Source of the DNA: Phoronis australis
Lineage: Eukaryota; Animalia; Phoronida
NCBI GenBank assembly: GCA_002633005.1
Contig: NMRA01000908.1
Coordinates: 20,839 to 84,838 of the forward strand
Length of the DNA: 64,000 bases
Reading direction: 5' to 3'
Shown in pieces: positions 11,394 through 23,949 of the stretch. Both the position numbers and the translations under genes were made by a program. Every line of letters begins with the position of its first letter. Positions within the stretch are counted from its first letter, which is position 1. The notes beneath the pieces were generated by a model that was not told where the DNA came from, made no database searches, and saw nothing but the letters and a program-made list of their open reading frames with translations.

Positions 11394-13840
11394 AGCGTTT
11401 CGTAAGCACACCGAAGACAAAGCTTTAATTCTTAACCTGGAAATCACAATACAGTTTAGTTTCTGGATGAGCATTTCCATTCCTTGGTCCGTTAGATAAT
11501 CTCCGAACATGAATAACGAAGTTTAAATTATGTGCATTTTCTTTTTCGGTCAAGATTAGTACGAACTCTGGTGTCTGTGATTATATGCGGACACAAACTG
11601 TTTAGAATGTCCATTCCTTAAGTTTGCACATGATAACACCGGCATTCAACTGAGCTATCAGTCCCGAGTCTAAAATCAAAATCTGGCGAGTGGCTCGAAT
11701 ACCTAGATAACTGCTAATCTGCCTAGCCCAGAATATACCCCAACAGAACAGATTCAGTTTCTGGGTCGGTCGATCCGTCAAGAAGAAGAAAGCATCGCAA
11801 GTGATTTTATTCGCTTACTTTCAACGAAAATGGCAGCACGACAGGAAAAGGGAAACTATTATAAATCAAGCCACATTGACCATTTTCAGACAACACTTAC
11901 CGGATTGTACAAAATCGCCGATCAGATGGAACGTTAGAAAATACATATAATCACACAAACCAATCTTATTTAAAATAACTATGATTCGTTTTTAATAAGC
12001 AGAATCAATATCATTATTTACCTTACAAACATATTATTTTGTCCATGCAATGACTGGTATTCAACAGTGAAATGCAGAAGAACTACTTTTCTGTATTTCA
12101 TAACTAACCTCAATCCCAATAATATTCGGCCAATATGACTAAAAATTACGATAGCTTTTTCACTGCGGCAAACCTCCCCCCTACTTAACAGGGATGTAGG
12201 AAAGGAGGGAGTGCTCATCCTCAGTAATTTGCGGAAGTAAGGGTAAATCCTTTGTGAGGACCGCAAGGGGAGCATGGAATACATAAACACCGCGAAGCAT
12301 GTGTGAGGGAGGCAAAATTTTGACGCTACCTATTCAGGATTTTCCCTTTGGGCTCCCCTAGCTAATAAGTTTTTGTTTCAGGGCTCTCAGTTTTTAAAAA
12401 TGCTGCATAAACTGCGACTTCAACTTATGCTCAGACTCGACGACGGATTCTCATGAGAGCGAAATCTGAAGTTCTCTCTCTGCAATTATTATAAGTAATC
12501 CAACATAAATTAATCGTCCCAGGCTACTTGCCTAAGACTAATAACCCGTGCATTCATGTCGTCAGATTAACCTTCCGGTATTTGCATCATAAGAAAACTG
12601 CTACTGTGAGAATTTTTTTCGTTTAAACGCCGTTCCTATCTGATTTTTATGCTATTAACCAATCTAGCCATAAACCTCAAGGGTGAGTGGTAATTGTGTT
12701 GTGTGCAGTTAATTATACAGATGAAAATTTTTTATTTTATGTTTTGAAAATGCGTCACCACAAATTACATTTTAAGAGTCACTCCATGAGAACGCCAGGT
12801 AATTTGCAATATTCTGGGAACATGACATGTCACGAATTTTAAATTTGATATGGCATACATATAACTTGGGGGTGAATTACTTCCGAAAATATAAAAATTA
12901 GTTTCGTGTTTCGTCACTTCGTAAATACATAACGAATAACTAAATCGGGTAAAAAATGGCCCTAACTCCTTATGCGTGACTGTGGGAATTAAACCACTTT
13001 GTAGGCTTTTAAAAATTAAAATCTGATTGAGTTATACAGAACTACGGTTTTTGAAATTGAGAATGCCAAACAATAAATCAGAATGACGTATTTTGATATT
13101 TTAAATAACTTTTGAATGCCTTGCCTCCACGGACCAAAAACAGCTTCCCTACTTAGAGGCCTATGTAATGCAAGCGCAAAATCGCTCACCCTCCATACAT
13201 GAGTTATGTGATAGCTACAGCTCGTATCCTCGTTAAAATATCTTTATTTTTGCGGACAACACTTTTTTAATTCTTGAATTTACACTTTAATTAGCGAAGG
13301 CACTTTCAGCACTTTTTTCCTGTTTCATAATATCACCAAAGCAGAAAATATGAAAAAATATGATCCAAATTGAAAGTGATTTGTAATAGAAAAATCACAT
13401 TAAATTTTATTCAACATAACCAGACTTGGTTTGAGCGTTCCTTTAGAGAAATAGTGTTTTATTGACATTTAGCAAAAAAACGAGGTTCACGAAAATAGGT
13501 CACGCTCTGAAGCAAAATGGTGGTAGTTAACCAGCCGGTGGTTCAGTGCTCGTTCTTTGAGGTCTCGTCGCCTTGTTCCACATTTTCTAAGGGTGTGGAT
13601 ATCGAAAAAAAACTTTTACCTGTGTTAAACTGCAACAGAGATATTGTCAAATACCTGAAAAATATCAACGCACCAGATCACTTAGAAGAATGGGAGTTGA
13701 TAAGCATTCGGGCACGAATGGGACTGGGAGACGAAGGAATTGGCCAACCTGTTAGAGAAAAAAGATCATATGTCCAAAACACCGTGTACTGTTTACTAGA
13801 ATTTTCGTTCAAGTAGGCACTGCCAGTATCCAGGGCCAGG

Positions 13841-15201
13841 TCTCCAATCTCCGTACTCAGACTCGAATTATGCTCAAACTCACACTTCATACTCAACTCG
13901 AGTACAGACTCAGCTTTGGTGTATTCAATGTCATACTCGAAAAATCTGTACTCGAAATTTCGAGCACGTACTCAGTTTTCGAGTGTACTCGAACTGAAGT
14001 GTATCTTATCTATATTTCGAGTACGATTTTGAATAAAAATTCGGAGTCTATGCTCAAATCTCAAGTTTGCTATGGCAGTGTGCTTGAAATCGTACTCGAA
14101 AATAAATACGAGCCAGAGAACAAAATATCGAACGGGAACCAAGAAACACAGCGAATCTAAAAAAATAAGTCCTCTTACCGTATCTCAGCACTTCAATTTC
14201 AGTTCAGTGATAATAGCTTTCATCTTAAATCTTCTTATTCTTCACCTTATTAACCCGCCGTATCACTGTATGTTATGGCCGCCATTCTACCTCTATAATT
14301 CCTGGCAACAGACGCATTGTAATTCCTTGTCGGCGAGTCATAACAAGCGTCGAAAGCAGTGGTGGGAAAAGTCGTGTGAGAAGTTTGTGCTGCCCTTATT
14401 TCGGTATTGTGCCTATGTTTTGTAGGGTTTCCAAAAGACGGACGAGGAGGGGAGGGAAGTTAAAAACAGTCAGGTACATTTCTCATCATAACTTAGTCAT
14501 CTATAATTCCTCAATCCCCAAATGGAATTCCAGATTTTGTTTGCCGATTTCTAAGTAGACATCTCGTCCCGTTCACTGCCACTGGTGAACTCTGAATGCC
14601 TGCACAAGTATTGTTTTTTACTCACGTGCCAAATGTCAACTCACTTGATACATCCCGGTAAAATACAAAGATACAGTATCAAAGTTTGGCACCAGCGTAG
14701 GCCTACACAGCAATGGGTTTTATGTCAAGACTAAATTAGCGACAGAGATGTGATGTGATAAGCTGTTACATATTTCTGAAGACATTTTCGGGACTGGGTG
14801 AGGAACTCAAGAAATAAAGCTTAATAATTGCCAAATGTATCAAAGAAATGGCATAAGAATATTTATTTAAATTAAAAAATGAATAACAGTTACAGAACAC
14901 TCAGAATTCCACGTTATAGACATAATCTTGTAGTTGTAGCGACAACAGACGATAATGTAGGCCTAGTTCTTGGGGTGGTCTATTCCAATAGGGAGCGATG
15001 AATCAGCGCGGCTTTGCGTGCTTTGCATTTCACATCATAAAGAGTTCCATAGCAACTCGAGTATGAGTGTCAGTTTGAGTACGTTTGGAGTCTAATCGAA
15101 ATGCGACATTAGATACGCTTTTTTGAGTACGACTCCAGTGAGCACGATTTTGAGTATGAAATCTCGAGTATGAGTATGAGTCTGAGTACGGACATTGGAG
15201 A
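13841..15201. mobile_element. 1.36-kb non-autonomous TIR element with ACTCG(A) subterminal repeats
   Basis: 24-bp TIR tctccaat(c/g)tccgtactcagactc at both ends; many actcga/tcgagt motifs in both arms; splits the transposase fragments. Confidence 0.8.
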
Positions 15202-16068
15202 GATGTACGATTGCAGCCTCAGGAATGCAACGGATATTCACCACTCCATACCAGGAATAGGTCAACTAAATAACTTCTGTCTTCTCATTTGAAGGTGAGC
15301 TACGTAACAATTAAACGTATGGTCTTTGTGTAATTACATATACGACATTGTATTTTGATTGTTCCTCGTTTTCTCAAAAACTTCACTGTGATTAATCATA
15401 CCATCTGAGAATCAGTTTCAGATATGTATTTGGTCTAAAACAAAAGTTATATATATGATGGAAGACCTGTTAGATTCATGGCCACTCTTTAGCTGAATAT
15501 TCTTTCCTAGCTTGTTTTTTTTTCGAAAAGAACTTATGTTCTTATGCTTACAACTGAGTTACCTATTTCAACAGGAAAATTGGTTGCTTGGAAAGCGCAT
15601 GCGGTTTAGATTGGGGATGGGACGGTATTGGAAAATCCTGCTTCTGATTGCAAACCAGTGGAACTAGTGATTGAGGAATGTCTTATTGCATCCTCATTGA
15701 GAGCTTTCAATAGTTCCAGCAATCGAAAGACATACACATTCCTTTGTCCAGAAGATAACTGTAACAGCTTATTTGCATCTCGAAAGGAACTCGAGCAGCA
15801 AGTTAGCGTGGGCTGGCATGATAAACAGCCAACAACACCTGGGCTATGATGATGTGAGGAGAAAGTGGCCTGCCAAAGTCAATGGCATTGAAATAGATGG
15901 TGAAGTTCATGATGTAACCCCATGCTCGTTGAACGCAATTTGGCATCAGAAATCCTTAAGTTTAACATTATACAACCTTTGTTGTGCATTTTAGTCACTG
16001 GCTGTTCCTTGTTGACATAATGGTCAACATGAAAACGCACTGTGTGGTGTCCTTTTTTACAACCCAAC

Positions 16069-16949
16069 TGTCAGAATAAATATTGATTAAGTAATTAGTA
16101 AGAATAGATCCATTTTAAGTTGCCCAAAATTTGTGCATATGTACTTTTAAATCATGGGGTCAGACTTGTTGACATGTACTTTAACATCAAAATCTACTTT
16201 TACATGGTGTTTACAACTTTGGGTTCTGGGGTCAAAGTACTCTAGAGATTCTAGAAAATTGTGAGAACAAATTGTAACAGCCAATAATATGAGTGGATAT
16301 GATCATGTGGTTTTTATTAGCCAATCACTAAATAAGTAGAATGTTATATTATGGGCTGAAATCAACAACATAATTAGTTGAAGCATAGACTTGCTACAGT
16401 GTACAGAAGCAATTGTACAACAGAGCCATCTCGTGGAACATTCTAGAAAGGATCTTGACAAGGGCAAGGGTTAACGAACAGGAAGTTAACTAAGAGTTTG
16501 ACACTTGCATTGTGGGTAGTAAGATACTACATGAAGTGTTGCGTCATCAGCCAGAGACTGTGACCAGGAAGAAGAATCGCTGGTAGAAGAAATTGCCTGC
16601 TAGTGTTGCATCACCAGAGACAGTGACCAGCAAGTACACTGTCGCTATACCGTGTGTGTAGTTCGAAGATTCACCAACAGGACAGACATCCAACAAGTGG
16701 AGAGTCCTAGATTGGACAGCAGATAAGACATTTGATTGTTTTGGTTGTTTGATTAAAGTAATCCTTAAAGAGGGCGATAGCGTAGTTACTCTTTGTAGTT
16801 GATTACTTAATTAACAATAGGTTTCATTTGTCTGATTAGGGGTTATCATATAATAAATTAATTGATTGAATTGATTATTCACTCTCCATCTACGCACAAT
16901 CTCAAAGCATAGCCACCTTTTAAACAAACCCACAATCAATCGTCTGACA
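16069..16949 (+). mobile_element. Solo LTR (881 bp) with 5-bp TSD CCAAC
   Basis: TGTCAGA...TCTGACA termini; ccaac at 16064-16068 and 16950-16954; a second copy lies at 6080-7675. Confidence 0.88.
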
Positions 16950-17759
16950 CCAACAAAACGTGAAGCTGTTGTGGAACATGCTACCATGGCTTGGACATTC
17001 TCACAAATTAAGGCTGAACTGATTTGACGTGGAGTAATGTATCAACTAGAATACTTAAGCAGCGCAACACTCTCATTTTTTAATTAAAAAAACATGGATA
17101 CCCATCCGAAAAGCAAAGCTCCTGGTCTTGCATCCACTAAGAAACACAGCTGATGGAGTGCAAACACAGCTTCGCTACCTATAAACACTCCTGACAGACT
17201 CTTCCCTGAGCCATGCACATGATTGTTAGTCCCACGAGTTTTTGAACTGATTTTGTTGCAAAAGCCGTGTTTGGTGTGTGTGAACGGGGATCCACTTACA
17301 ATTAGGTGTGTGAGTAGTGTTCACGAGTCTTTGACCATTGTTGTTCAGGTAGCCTGCCAGTGGACTAGATAAAATATACTATGTAATTGATTTTTATGTT
17401 CGCAGTTGCAAAAATGCAGACAGCTGATACCCAAACAGCAGGAGAATCATACAGCACAATGGGGTGGGCTCTGAAATCAGCACGAAGGTCTGAAAGAGTG
17501 ACTGAACATGTAAAGAAGTCTTTGATTGATGCGTACAACGAAGGCACGGAGACTGGTCAAAGAGCGATCCAGTGAAGTGTTCTTAACAAACGAGAACTAA
17601 AGAAAGGCAATGGCCAGTTGCCATTTGCACCAGAATGGAGTACATCGAAGCCAACCAGAAACTTCTTCACGATACTTGCGGCTCAGCAGAGGCGCAGAGC
17701 ATGCAGCCCAGACTCTGATGAAGATGATCTTACTATTGTACATGCAATCAAAATTGCCG

Positions 17760-17808
17760 AGAGGGAGATGGTGAGGGAGAGGGAGCGAGAGAGGGAGAGA
17801 GAGAGAGA
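17760..17808. repeat. (GA)n-rich microsatellite
   Basis: gagggagatggtgagggagagggagcgagagagggagagagagagaga. Confidence 0.8.
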
Positions 17809-20800
17809 AACAATTTTATTTACTTTAAGACATAATAAAAAAATGAAAGGGAATTAACCGGAAAGTAAGTACGGTGGCTAAGACATTCTGTAATTAACCG
17901 CTGTAATAGTTATAGCCGGCAAATTATTGAAAAGTCATCCAAATAAAATTTTGATATCATTATAGAAGCAAGTAACACATGTAACTGTTTGTGGGTTTTA
18001 CCATGCGCAAAATTGCAAATTAATAAAGTTATTGCTGTTTAAAATTGGTTTTATTTCTCAGCAAAGTTGTACTATTATAATAAGCCACAGGTCAGTAGGT
18101 CATCAGGTTATTTAGTAAGCCAACGATAAGCAAGGATACATACTTACCAAAATTCCTGTATGTCTCCTTTTCGATAATTTGGAAGCCGTGAATTTGACTT
18201 AGACTCACTCAATTTCTTTGAAGATTACTTGTACTAGTAAGTTTAAACTCACTCAAATTCTATGACACTTAAGATACTAGACATCCTACCCATGTTTTAG
18301 TTTGAATTTGAAGCATGTAATGCGATTTTAGTGTTTAGCTTTATTGAAGATTCTTAACTCGCTTGTGCTCTGTCTATCTTTAGTCAGCTGTTTTGTTGAC
18401 TTTCTGACTTTGTCTATTGCTGTATCTATCGCCTCTATCTGTTCAGTCTGCTTCAGTCTGCTCTGAGGACACTATAACTGACCACTTTGAACAAAAATGA
18501 AGGGTAATTAATCTTTTTGTTCCAAAACATCACCCATTATCCAGGTCTGCATTGAAATACTAATTTACTGATCGTTGTCCTGATACCTATAGCCTTTACA
18601 AGTGAACTGGTCAGTTATCCCTATCGTTTTGCAAAACGGACGGTTCCGTGAATACCACCTGCAAGTCGGATACATTAGCACTGCAAACTGAAATCTGTAC
18701 AGAACCATCTGCTTCAACCACAGATCAAAGCACCTGCGTGTTAATAGATGGCCAAGAATTCGTTTGGCTTTTTTAATTCAATATTGTACTCTTTCCAAGT
18801 TTAAAGGACGCATTAAATTGGGGTCGCTTTACGGTTTATGCAGATATAATTATGAATTTATTGATCCATGCTGGCATTTATCCCAGTTTCCTAAAACTTT
18901 CCAGCATATATTGTTTCCTCTCCCAGTTGCATTTGATATCCAACAATTTCTCTTTTGTTTCTAAATTCTGGTTCAAAATCCTCAAATATCAGTATAAAAA
19001 GAGTTAATGTTTCTCGAAAATGCGAGACCAAGGTTCTCGTTTTGCCAAAGATATGTAAAATGAGACGATGTAATCATTTGCTATGGAATTATTTCATACA
19101 ATCACCCAAGACACTAAAACACGAAAGCTACTACAGGCACTGAAGTTGTGACAAAATATTTAAGAAAGTATCTCACAGTGTGCTACCACTAAAAAGTGTC
19201 CAGCATTTGCCTTTTCACCAAAAAACAGCATAGTGAGTCATAGAAAAAATCAGATGAGGATTCCAGCAGAACAACATCTGGACATGCATTCCTTTCGGTT
19301 TCTTATTATTTAAACTCCTGAACACCCATGGGAATCTGATATGAATACTTTTTGCTTCAGACGTTTTCCAAAAACTAAGGATTTCTTTACAAACACGGGG
19401 CACACCAAAACAAAGTTCATTAAAAATAGTTTGTTTTATTTAAAGTCTATGATGTGGTCCCACGGTCTAATTTTGAGGTTGAAATCTCTTGAGAAGAAAA
19501 AGATGACACCATAAAGTATAACTTCTCAGCAAATACTTTTTAAAAGTTTTTGCATGTTGCTTAGCCTAGAGCTGTACGTCAGCAAGATTACGTAATATTA
19601 CTGAGTTACAGTATAAGAATCAATAAGTCTATTACTGGACTTACGGTACGTGGAGATGGCTACGTTGCGTCCTCCTCTCGAGGACTTCATCAGGCCACTG
19701 AGTTGTCACGTGACTTGTCATGTTATCTGTCGTACAGTTTCTGCGGGATTCTCTTCAGCGCCCTATTCCATGTCCTAGGTAAGTGAAACCGCAGCCCCCC
19801 TGTCTATTGAAGCTTTTGTTTCTGTATCTACCAAGAATCTTACTGGGTGGAATTTGGCAAGTAGTTGTCAAGAATCTGACAGCGGTTGTCTTGTTTCAGA
19901 TGAATATATTGTATGCTGCGCCACCTAGTGTTTTTTATTTATATATTAAATATATAACACCCCTGGAATCGTACTGTCAGAGGTGCAGTCGTGGGCGGTT
20001 TGCGTTACTCCTGTTTTTGTATGACGTTGACAAAAAATTGTTGTGTGATGTAGACTATGTTTCCATTTTTACTTCTCTTTGTCAATGATCTCGATATCCG
20101 AAACTTTACATTGACCAGCAGCTTTAACACCACACTTGTGTAAGACACAAATGTACTATAATCAACTTACAGGTGGGAAACTAAAGTGTCATATCCATAG
20201 CTCGATGTCAACCAGAACCAAGGGCTACGTTGTACAAACTTCTTACGTAATAAATATTGTACTGATGCGTTTTTCTATGTGTTGCAAGTCAAAGTTTCCA
20301 TGAGAATTACAAAATAAAACACATGATACCTTATTTAAAATAATTTGACATTTTCGTAGTCTCTCTGTATTTCAATTTCTAAGCATGTACTGTATCAAAA
20401 GCTTCAAACAAAATTGAACAAACTCGGTTCAAGTTCCTTGATTTGGGATGCTTGTGCACCCCTTCTGAAGATGCCGTCACCTTACCCTGTCAGAAATTTA
20501 CCGCTGCAAGTACCCCTTTTGAAATTCTGTACCTGTTAGTGGTTTACATCTGATGCCCAGATGACGTTTCTAGCCCTATATAGCATTTCCATGTATATCT
20601 CGAATTCAAATTGCGTTTGTGACATTCTGTTATCACGGTTGGAATCTTCTGGTCCATTCCAACCTGAAACTGCTGCAACTCTTCATCAAATCTACGTCTC
20701 AGTCCTTTACTTTGCATCCATCATCCCGCTGATGATTGTAAAATCACTGGCTGAAACGTTCCTTCAAGAACTGTTTAATAGACGTTGGCGAAAACACTAT

Positions 20801-21609
20801 CATAGAAAAAACAATAACCATTATACTTTTTCCGGGCATTGAACAATTTGCCAAAAATGTTGGATTTCTCAAAGTTACACACTTGGGCCCGCACCCTAAA
20901 ATATTGACTTGCAACTAGGGTTTTTTTTTAGTACAACTTAACTTGATCACCAGAAGGTTATTTTTACGACTCAGTAAACCGGTGCCCCATTTGATGAGCA
21001 ACAAAAATTGCTACCCGGAAGATTTACACCTTTACAGGATTAGTGCTCCTCGTGAGCAGCGCTCTAGTGGTAAAATTAAAGGTAAGTAAGCGCCCAATGC
21101 CCACCGCATCACCTTGAGCACTGAATTTTAAAACTAAATTGAATTTGCAAAATCTGACTCACAAATATGTAAAGCCTATTTTTTGACTCTTAAGTGGATA
21201 TTTATTTCGAGTCTAAGATGTCGCAGAAAGGGGCCCAACCACACAGATAGGAAGGCAAATGGCCGCGTGCATTCCATGCAGTCTACTGTGCATAGGCGCT
21301 ACGTTAAGATGTAAAAAGATAACTTACGGTTAGTAGACGCTACGTTTAAATTCCAAAAGGAGGTTGACTTCGCCTACTTAACGTGCGCCTACTCCACACT
21401 ACAGCACTGCCTGTGGGTCTTCGGTACTTCAACGGTATAGTTAGCAATAACCATTCAATCATGTATGGTTTTTGGATTGCCTCTTGTCAATAATACACTT
21501 TCTCATTTTTCGGAACCACTTAACGTTACTAGACGTCAAGCAGATATTTCGGGACCGACAATTTTAATCATTTTGATGCTGCACTTTCAGCTTTCATTGT
21601 AGAGGTCTG

Positions 21610-22029
21610 TGCCTGGTTGCATGAAACAGTCCCAAATAGGGACTTAAATTTACTGTTTATTTGAGGACTTGTGAAAACACCAACTGTCCTTTCTTATGCT
21701 GTTTTAGTTTCATTACTAAGTCAATTGTTGCGTTTGATACAAATCGAGAGTGAACTCGATGTTGAATTCTCAATATTATCGAAAATGAATAGTGATCTTT
21801 TCACGCAATGCTCCTAACTTTGGGACTAAGTCCCTTTTTATTTTCATTGAATCCAGGAATCATTTTTTAGTTATATTATTATAAAATGTCACCAATCCAG
21901 GAGGAGCTCATAATCACGATAAGATGATAGGAAAATATCATATCTGTTAGCAAACAAAGACACAAATAGGCAAAAGATTTAGGGAACTTAGTTGAGTCCC
22001 TATTTGGGAATGTTTCATGCAATCAGACA
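21610..22029. mobile_element. 420-bp MITE (PIF/Harbinger-like) with CTG TSD
   Basis: TIR of about 35 bp tg(c/t)ctg(g/a)ttgcatgaaaca(g/t)tcccaaatagggact; ctg at 21607-21609 and 22030-22032; partial copy at about 63549-63700. Confidence 0.82.
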
Positions 22030-22726
22030 CTGAGCACCAGCCGCAGGAATTTTGATGTAATTCAGATTTCGGGTTTGGCAAAACTTAATGATATTGTTGA
22101 CATCGTGTTTTGTTAGTCATAAATTAATTGTAAGGACTTTGTTGGTTTGTTGATGGGAGTGTGACGGTACTGGCGAATAGGACGACCGATTTAGCAAAGT
22201 GGGTGGTTTCAATCAATGCATGCAGGACACAAAGGTCTCTGTTTACGAATATTTTAATATACATGTAATGTACTATACAAAGGCTCAGTTTTCACATGTG
22301 ATATGTCACTTTTCGGAGTGATTTTGCGCTCGAAAAGAAATAACGATCGAATTAAGGGCATTTCCACAGGTTACATAGCTTGACTCAAGTGGGCTGAAAA
22401 CTTTTCAATTATGATTTTATATTTTCACTTAGACACAATGTGTGTTTATTCAGTACGCCATTCTTAGTTTCTGATAACTTGTCGTTGTTGAACAGTGGTG
22501 CAACAAAAATGCTAAAATTTGATGGCTTCCGAAGCCATGAACTACCCAAAAATTCCGAGGGGTAGTTTGCTGACAAGAAGTTAGATTTTTTAAAATAAAA
22601 CTGTAATTGTCGGTGTTGACCATTCCACCTAAGAGTAAAACTAAGCTATATTTAAAAAAAAATCCGAGATATGTCAAATTCCCGCATCTGCCCGACTTTC
22701 TAATGCATTGACACTTAAACACTCAC

Positions 22727-22960
22727 CTATTGCTTTCTGCAAAGTAGCACTTCTGTCTAGCATGGCACAAGCAAAGTAGATTCTGGCAAATAAAATTGTC
22801 TTAGGTATTTATGGGGATTACTTTTCACTTTACATATTCATAGCACTACTTTTATATTAATACACCAAGCGTGGTTGTTACCTCATTGGTCAAGATTTAT
22901 ATTCGTTTGGTAGCTTCCCTTGGACAAGGCTGAGTTCCGGTAACGCACGAATTCCACACA
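22727..22960 (-). promoter_or_regulatory. Putative promoter and non-coding first exon of receptor A
   Basis: Mirror of 39900-40143. Contains ttgaCCAATgagg, the conserved atttgccagaat(c/t)tactttgc segment and donor ag|gtgagt at 22726-22721. Confidence 0.6.
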
Positions 22961-23756
22961 TAAAACCAGTGTGATCATATGGTTTGCTTGTGATGGTTAT
23001 AACACGCTAAGTGTTGCGTGATCTTCTCTTTTGCAAATTACTTGATTGCATAGTACGTGTAACGTAAGAAAGATGTATGACTCGTACTCAAGACGTGTCG
23101 CTGTTCCCTAATAATGTTCCTACTCCTATTTTGGGGTATTTTCTCATTTATTCATTGAATTTGTTTATCTTTGGTAGACCCTTAACACATTTTTTCTTAT
23201 AAGTTTCATGAAAATTTACCTGTCTTTTGAAATGAATGGGTTCCAGGCGCAGTTTGTACACGCTCAGGAGGCATTTTTCTAGTGCCCATATTGCAGTGTC
23301 TGTCTTGATTTAGGTTTTGTAAAATAATGAATGGTATTTTTGCAACAAATCGCCTCTTGTTTTAGTGTGCAACGTAGCTTGTAGCATAACCCCGACAAAT
23401 TAATGTTAGAATTTGCATCAATCATTTACGCTTGAATTACGCAAAATTTCAAGTGAATTATTATTTTTTCATGCAATTTTCCGCAAACTTGAGCACGCAC
23501 AAAAAGACAATATTCCCAGTTATATAATTACAGCTATATTATCTATGTTATCGCCAGATTAAATTGCAGAATTATTTATAATTTGTTTTTAGTGCCCGCT
23601 TCAGCCAGAACAATATTCTTTCAATTAGACTTTGAACATTTTAGGGCGCGGTCCGGGAAGCAAAAAATTGGCAAGAGGGGGGTGTTGTATGAAGAGAAGA
23701 ATAAAAAGTTCGCCAACCACAATTTCGCATCTATCCGTTTTGTTGTATTAGCTGGC

Positions 23757-23830
23757 TACGGGAACATCGGGCCCAGGGAACATCGGGCCCAGGGAACATC
23801 GAACCCTGCGGGGAAACATCCGAACAAGAA
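23757..23830. repeat. Short 17-bp tandem repeat (gggaacatcgggccca), typical of TE subtermini
   Basis: Three near-perfect units plus degenerate ones. Confidence 0.7.
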
Positions 23831-23949
23831 TATATCGGTTCTGGGCTACATCGATCCCAGTGGAATATCGTAAAACATCGGGTCTTTTATAACCGACGGG
23901 AACGTACTAAGTTCATTGTCAAATAAACTATCGCCACCCATGTGCTTAA

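Larger units (their letters stand above)
12776..17780 (+). mobile_element. Decayed Sola3-like DNA transposon with nested MITE and solo LTR
   Basis: Left end TTAA|GAGTCACTCC. Transposase-like fragments: LLPVLNCNRDI..EWELI..ICPKHR..CQYP (13517-13835), IPGIGQLNNF (~15248), FLCPEDNC..F..LEQ (~15740), MGWALKSARR..GTETG (~17459), NFFTILAAQ (~17660). Family assigned from recalled motifs; right end not found. Confidence 0.6.

Noticed and set aside
21184-21193. tgactc|ttaa as the right end of the Sola3-like element
   Set aside because: Only 6 bp match the left terminus; the expected longer TIR is absent.
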